A stretch of DNA of 64,000 bases from Myxococcales bacterium (GTDB taxonomy: Bacteria; Myxococcota_A; Polyangia; Polyangiales; Polyangiaceae): assembly GCA_043747615.1 (NCBI GenBank), contig JAYTOU010000032.1:53899-117898 (forward strand), read 5' to 3'. Position numbers and translations under genes: made by a program. Each line of letters begins with the position of its first letter. Position 1 is the first letter of the stretch. Shown in pieces: positions 58,947 to 64,000 of the stretch. A model generated the notes under the pieces. It was not told the DNA's origin and ran no database searches. It was given only the letters and a program-made list of their open reading frames with translations.

Positions 58947-59525
58947 GTGGACACGTCCTTGGCACACATCATCGCTGACCAGGCCACGGTCCCTCGGGCG
59001 GCGGAGGTGACGACGGCCCAAGTTTTTCGGGACTACGCGCAGTTCGTGTGGCGCGTGCTCCGCCGGCTTGGCGTTGCCAAGTCAGACATCGAGGACGTCT
59101 GCCAAGAGGTGTTCGTCGTGATTCACCGCAAGCTCGGCGACTTCGAAGGGCGCTCGTCGCTCCGCACCTGGATTTACGGTATCTGCGCGCGGACGGCCTC
59201 GGACTACCGGCGTCGCGGATACGGACGGAGAGAGCTCGTGACCGAAACACCCCCAGAGCAAATCGCCAACGACAACGCCCACGACGAGCTCGCCCATCAT
59301 CAGGCCCGAGCGATCCTCGATCGGATCTTGGACGCGCTCGACGACGACAAGCGCGCGGTCTTCGTTCTTTATGAGATCGAGCAGCTCTCGATGGCGGAGG
59401 TCGCCGACGCGGTAAGCTGTCCATTGCAGACCGCGTATTCGCGGCTTCACGCCGCACGAAAGTTGGTCGAATCGGGCATCGAGCGCGCCCGGCACGGCGC
59501 AACAGCCCTCGGGAGGAGCTCATGA
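58947..59525 (+). CDS. ECF sigma factor
   Basis: VWRVLRRLG, EDVCQEVF, SLRTWIYGI (region 2); R.VF.L.E..., T..SRLH.AR (region 4). Confidence 0.95.
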   Translation: MDTSLAHIIADQATVPRAAEVTTAQVFRDYAQFVWRVLRRLGVAKSDIEDVCQEVFVVIHRKLGDFEGRSSLRTWIYGICARTASDYRRRGYGRRELVTETPPEQIANDNAHDELAHHQARAILDRILDALDDDKRAVFVLYEIEQLSMAEVADAVSCPLQTAYSRLHAARKLVESGIERARHGATALGRSS

Positions 59526-60241
59526 GCCAACAAGATCCGCCGCGACTCCTCGACTCCGCGAGTCCGTACGTTCGCTCGATCCTTCGAGCCGGTGAGGGCG
59601 AGGTGCCCGACGAAGCGAAGCTCGCGGCGTTGGCGCTGAAGCTCGGACCGATCCTCGGGGGTGCGGGCGGCGCGGGTGGCGGTGGAGCGATCGCTGCGAA
59701 GAGCGGGGTTGCTGCCAAGACGGCGAGCGTCGGGTCGGCCTTGAAGATCGCCGGGAGCGCGGTGCTTGCGGCAACCCTCGCCGTGGGCTCCGCCATCTAT
59801 GTCCCCAAGATCATGGCCACGCCGACGCAGACGGCTGCCACGGGAATCACTATCTCGGATTCCACCGCAACGGCCGTCGCCGCCGCAAGCACGCTCGCCC
59901 CTCCTGTCGAAACGATGGTGCCCGCCGCATCAATCAGTGCGCCTAGTGCGCGCAAGGCGGCAGCGGTGGTCGAGAGCCCCGACGCCGAGGTAAAGCTCCT
60001 CGAGCGCGCCCAAGACGCGCTTCGCACGCGGCCCCAAGAAGCACTTGCACTATGCACGGAACACGCGAATCGTTTTCCGCAGGGCCTTCTTACCCAGGAG
60101 CGGGAAGTGATCGCCATCGAAGCCCTCACCCAGACGGGGACGATGCCCGAGGCCAACGCGCGAGCCGGCCGATTTGCCGCAAATTACCCGAATTCGACGC
60201 ATCTTCGGAGGGTCGAGGCCCTTGTCGGAAAAAAGTTTTAG
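59522..60241 (+). CDS. putative anti-sigma factor (TM, Ala/Thr linker, C-terminal TPR-like domain)
   Basis: ATGA overlap with the sigma gene; TM; LLERAQDAL...HANRFPQG.L..EREVIAIEAL. Confidence 0.7.
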   Translation: MSQQDPPRLLDSASPYVRSILRAGEGEVPDEAKLAALALKLGPILGGAGGAGGGGAIAAKSGVAAKTASVGSALKIAGSAVLAATLAVGSAIYVPKIMATPTQTAATGITISDSTATAVAAASTLAPPVETMVPAASISAPSARKAAAVVESPDAEVKLLERAQDALRTRPQEALALCTEHANRFPQGLLTQEREVIAIEALTQTGTMPEANARAGRFAANYPNSTHLRRVEALVGKKF

Positions 60242-60284
60242 ATAGCTTCATAATGGAGGGCGGGGTCCGCCACTCACTCCCATC

Positions 60285-61148
60285 ATGCTTACCAAGACCA
60301 CCACGCTCGTTCTTGTTCTCCTCGCAACAGCCACCGGCTGCAGCGGCGCCGTCGTCAACGTCGGGGCCGACCCTCAGGACGCCGGAAGCTCCGAAGGCGG
60401 CCCCAGCGTCGACGGCTCCGGCGGGCCGACAGGCCCTCTCGTCATTATCCATGTGCGCGCCACCGAAGCTGCGTTCCCGCAGACGGATGGCTTTGCCGCG
60501 CAGACCGCACGAAACGAAAAAATCGGGATCAGCGGTCTCACGCTCATGACCTCGGCGAGCGACCCTTCGCCGCTGAAGGTCTACGAGGGCGCTTCGGTCG
60601 AAGCGGGGCTCAACGACAAGGACGACACCATCGTCGCAAAAGTGTCGGCGAAATCACTCAAGGGCGGCACGTACACCGTCGCGCGCGTTCCGGTCTCGCA
60701 CGTCCGCTACACCGTCGCTGGCGCGTACCACGCGGCCGGGATCACCGCGCCGGGAGACTTCATCGATGTGATGGTGTTCACCAACGGAACCACGATCGAC
60801 GGGGTTAGCCACGATCAAGGCTGGTTCAGCTCCAGCTTCGCCACGGGAGGGACGACCTACGGGCCCGCCACGGGAATGAACCCTCTTCCTGGAGTGGACG
60901 CGGGCGGCTTCAAGCTCGTCACCGCCGGAGGGCATGCTTATTACGAATTTGCGATCAGTCCGATCGTCGTCGACCCGGGCGTCGCGAACGACGTCAACGT
61001 GATTTTCGAGGTGAACACAAACCTCGATTTCCACTGGCAAGATCTTCCGACCGCCGGCTACGCTCCCAAGGTCTTCGACGTAGAAATGGCGACCTACGAG
61101 CCGGTGAAAAAATTCGGAGCGAACAGCTTTCGCATTTTTTACGAGTAG
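60285..61148 (+). CDS. beta-rich lipoprotein of unknown function
   Basis: Lipobox ATGC. Confidence 0.75.
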   Translation: MLTKTTTLVLVLLATATGCSGAVVNVGADPQDAGSSEGGPSVDGSGGPTGPLVIIHVRATEAAFPQTDGFAAQTARNEKIGISGLTLMTSASDPSPLKVYEGASVEAGLNDKDDTIVAKVSAKSLKGGTYTVARVPVSHVRYTVAGAYHAAGITAPGDFIDVMVFTNGTTIDGVSHDQGWFSSSFATGGTTYGPATGMNPLPGVDAGGFKLVTAGGHAYYEFAISPIVVDPGVANDVNVIFEVNTNLDFHWQDLPTAGYAPKVFDVEMATYEPVKKFGANSFRIFYE

Positions 61149-61196
61149 GCCGACGGACGCAAATCTCCTCGCCGTCGTGGAGACGTAAACGCGGAC

Positions 61197-61241
61197 AAAA
61201 AGAAGAGGCCGACGAGCGAACTCGCCGGCCCTCCTTTTTTT
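61197..61241. terminator. bidirectional intrinsic terminator between rpsS and the lipoprotein gene
   Basis: AAAAAGAAGAGGCCGACGAG-CGAA-CTCGCCGGCCCTCC-T7; on the minus strand the loop is UUCG with G-U wobbles and a U-rich tail. Confidence 0.85.
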
Positions 61242-61256
61242 GTGTTGCGCGCTTGG

Positions 61257-61571
61257 TTACTTCTTGGGCGCGGGGGGAGGCATGCTGGCCCCACCCTTTA
61301 CTTTGCCCTTTTTGTCTCCGGAGTGGCCGTGGAAGGTACGCGTCGGCGCAAACTCGCCGAGCTTGTGACCGACCATGTACTCGGTGACGAACACCGGGAC
61401 GAACTTCCGACCGTTGTGCACGGCGAAGGTAAGCCCCACGGCATCCGGGGTAATGGTGCTGCGGCGCGACCAGGTCTTGATGACCTTTTTGCTCTGAGCA
61501 GCGCCGGCTGCGGCGATTTTCTCCGCCAAGTGTCCGTCGACGAAGGCTCCCTTTTTAATTGAACGCGGCAT
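61257..61571 (-). CDS. rpsS: 30S ribosomal protein S19
   Basis: [30 protein letters not shown]. Confidence 0.99.
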   Translation of the reverse strand: MPRSIKKGAFVDGHLAEKIAAAGAAQSKKVIKTWSRRSTITPDAVGLTFAVHNGRKFVPVFVTEYMVGHKLGEFAPTRTFHGHSGDKKGKVKGGASMPPPAPKK

Positions 61572-61582
61572 CGCTTACTCCA

Positions 61583-62416
61583 TCAACCCTTCTGTCCACG
61601 GCGCTTGATGATCATTCCATCAGTGCGCTTGTTGTTTCGGGTCTTGAGACCCTTCGCGAGCTGCCCCCACGGCGAGCACGGGTGGCGACCACCGGACGTT
61701 CGCCCTTCGCCTCCGCCCATCGGATGATCGACCGGGTTCATCGTGACGCCGCGGTTGTGCGGGCGACGACCGAGCCACCGCGTACGCCCCGCCTTTCCAA
61801 GCGAGATGTTCTGGTGATCGATGTTCGACACCTGGCCGATGGTGGCGTGGCAATCGAGGTGAACCTGGCGGACTTCGCCAGAGGGCAGACGAACCTGCGC
61901 GTAGTCACCGTCTTTTGCCATGAGCGACGCGCCGCAGCCTGCGGAGCGAACCATCTGCGCGCCCTTGCCCTTTCGCATCTCGATGTTGTGGATCGTCGTC
62001 CCGAGGGGGACGTACCGAAGCATCATCGAGTTGCCGGGCTTGATGTCGGCGTTCTTGCTGCTGATGATCGTGTCTCCGACCAACAGACCGTCCGGCGCGA
62101 CGATGTACGTCTTCTCGCCGTCCGCGTAGTTGATGAGCGCAATGCGCGCCGTACGGTTCGGATCGTATTCGATCGTCGCGACCTTCGCGGGAATGCCGAC
62201 CTTCTCGCGCTTCCAGTCGATGATTCGGTACCGCTGCTTGTGTCCCCCGCCACGGAAGCGGCTGGTGATGCGCCCATGAGCGTTACGTCCGCCCTTGCGC
62301 GTCTGGTGCTCGAGCAAGCTCTTCTCCGGCTCGACGCCCTTGGTGAGCTCCTTGAAATCGGAGACCGAGTAGTACCGGCGCGCCGGTGATGTCGGTTTGA
62401 ATGACTTGATTCCCAT
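61583..62416 (-). CDS. rplB: 50S ribosomal protein L2
   Basis: [25 protein letters not shown]. Confidence 0.99.
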   Translation of the reverse strand: MGIKSFKPTSPARRYYSVSDFKELTKGVEPEKSLLEHQTRKGGRNAHGRITSRFRGGGHKQRYRIIDWKREKVGIPAKVATIEYDPNRTARIALINYADGEKTYIVAPDGLLVGDTIISSKNADIKPGNSMMLRYVPLGTTIHNIEMRKGKGAQMVRSAGCGASLMAKDGDYAQVRLPSGEVRQVHLDCHATIGQVSNIDHQNISLGKAGRTRWLGRRPHNRGVTMNPVDHPMGGGEGRTSGGRHPCSPWGQLAKGLKTRNNKRTDGMIIKRRGQKG

Positions 62417-62473
62417 GACTCTATTTCCTTAGATGATTCGCCGCGGGTCGTCCTGGTGTGGGACGAACGAGGG

Positions 62474-62773
62474 TCAGGTTGTGCTCGCGGCTTCCTCGAA
62501 GAAGTCGATCGAATCCCCTGCCTTCAGGGTCACCATCGCTTTTTTCCAATTCTGCATCTTGGCGTACCCGCGGCCCATACGGCGATCTTTGCCACGCATG
62601 ACCAGGGTGTTCACCTCCGTCACTTTGACGTTGAAGAGCTTCTCAACGGCCTGACGGATTTGGATCTTGTTCGCGTCGCGAGCGACTTCGAAGATGACCT
62701 TGTTTTCGTCGCGAAGGAGGCTGGATTTCTCCGTGAGAACGATCGGCCTGCGGATGATTTCCTCGGGGGTCAT
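62474..62773 (-). CDS. rplW: 50S ribosomal protein L23
   Basis: TEKS, ANK.QIR.AVE.LF.VKV, WKKA.VTL. Confidence 0.98.
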   Translation of the reverse strand: MTPEEIIRRPIVLTEKSSLLRDENKVIFEVARDANKIQIRQAVEKLFNVKVTEVNTLVMRGKDRRMGRGYAKMQNWKKAMVTLKAGDSIDFFEEAASTT

Positions 62774-63483
62774 TTCTTGTCCGCTCCTGTGCTGGGCGTC
62801 TTCTTGTCTGAGGCCTTCTTCGGTGCGGCCTTGGTGCTTGCATCCGCGGCCGTGGGGCCGTTCTTCAGGCAGCGCACTTCGAGAGCCTTGGCTGCGTCCT
62901 TCGAGAGGACGAGCGTGTCATGGCGAAGGAGGTCGTACACGTTGACCCCTTCCGGCGGAAGGAACTGGTGAAGCTGGCAGTTCCGGATCGAGAGCTTGAG
63001 GTTCTCGTTTGCGACGTCGACGACGAGCGCCTTCTTCTTCGCCTTGAGCGTACCGAGCGCGGCGAGGAGCCCCTTGGTCTTGACCTCGGCGAGCTCGAAG
63101 CGATCGACGATCACCAGGTTGCCCTCTTTGGCGAACTTGCTGAGCGCGCACTTGAGTGCTCCGGTGCGAACTTGCTGCGGCGGACGGTAGCTCCAGTCAC
63201 GCGGCTTCGGAGGATGTGCGCGACCGCCGCCGACGTAAATCGGTGCACGGATCGAGCCGTGGCGCGCGCGCCCCGTACCCTTCTGCTTGTAGAGTTTTTT
63301 CGTGCTGCCGCTGACCGCTGCCCGCTCTTTGGCGGAGGCAGTGCCCTGACGGCGAGACGCGAGCTGTGCTTTGACCACCTCGTAGAAGAGGTGCTCTTTC
63401 ACTTCCGCGCCGAACACTTCGTCCGAAAGGTCGATCGAACCGACCTTCTCGCGCTTCATGTTGTAGACGTCGACCGTTGCCAT
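62770..63483 (-). CDS. rplD: 50S ribosomal protein L4
   Basis: [20 protein letters not shown]. Confidence 0.98.
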   Translation of the reverse strand: MATVDVYNMKREKVGSIDLSDEVFGAEVKEHLFYEVVKAQLASRRQGTASAKERAAVSGSTKKLYKQKGTGRARHGSIRAPIYVGGGRAHPPKPRDWSYRPPQQVRTGALKCALSKFAKEGNLVIVDRFELAEVKTKGLLAALGTLKAKKKALVVDVANENLKLSIRNCQLHQFLPPEGVNVYDLLRHDTLVLSKDAAKALEVRCLKNGPTAADASTKAAPKKASDKKTPSTGADKK

Positions 63484-63564
63484 GTTTCTTTACCTTCGAT
63501 AATGAATTTGACGACAGGAGGGCCTCCCAAAAGGACCTCCAACAAGAGCTCGTTGCGACTGCCG

Positions 63565-63876
<312 letters not shown>

Positions 63877-63901
63877 GTGATTTCCTTGTCTAGACTCAGG
63901 T

Positions 63902-64000
63902 CTACTCGAGAACCTTGGTAACGATGCCTGCGCCGACGGTTCGCCCGCCCTCGCGGATGGCGAAACGCATCTGCTCTTCGAGACCCACCGGCGTGATGAG
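63902..64000 (-). CDS. tuf: elongation factor Tu, C-terminal 32 aa (truncated by window edge)
   Basis: Manual translation [32 protein letters not shown]. Confidence 0.97.
   Translation of the reverse strand, partial: LITPVGLEEQMRFAIREGGRTVGAGIVTKVLE

Noticed and set aside
57599..61256. Insert in the S10 cluster as a mobile element
   Set aside because: No transposase, integrase, terminal repeats or target duplication seen

Overview
GC-rich bacterial chromosome segment. Gene content (FHA-rich Tad locus, many Cys-rich lipoproteins, ECF/anti-sigma module, K/A-extended r-proteins) suggests Myxococcota, probably Polyangiales; this is inference. Left to right: (1) housekeeping genes metG, pyrimidine-nucleoside phosphorylase, a cytochrome c'-like lipoprotein and an HTH-WYL regulator; (2) a decayed spermidine-synthase-like gene, then four GT-C-type polytopic membrane proteins with a KamA radical-SAM gene among them; (3) a ~17 kb Tad/Flp pilus locus with two CpaF/TadA ATPases, three FHA-type domains, a frameshifted Flp pilin running in frame into the prepilin peptidase, and no recognisable TadZ/CpaE; (4) a ~9 kb block of c-type-heme-motif lipoproteins, a Tat-exported DUF1501/1552-like protein and a DUF4266-DUF3570 pair linked to cytochromes with no adjacent ApbE; (5) the alpha, spc and S10 r-protein clusters on the minus strand, ending in the 3' end of tuf. 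The S10 cluster lacks rplC and is split between rpsS and rplV by a terminator and an opposite-strand ECF-sigma module; a candidate new promoter and structured leader precede rplV. No CRISPR array, tRNA, rRNA or transposase was seen. All domain calls come from motif recognition, not database searches.
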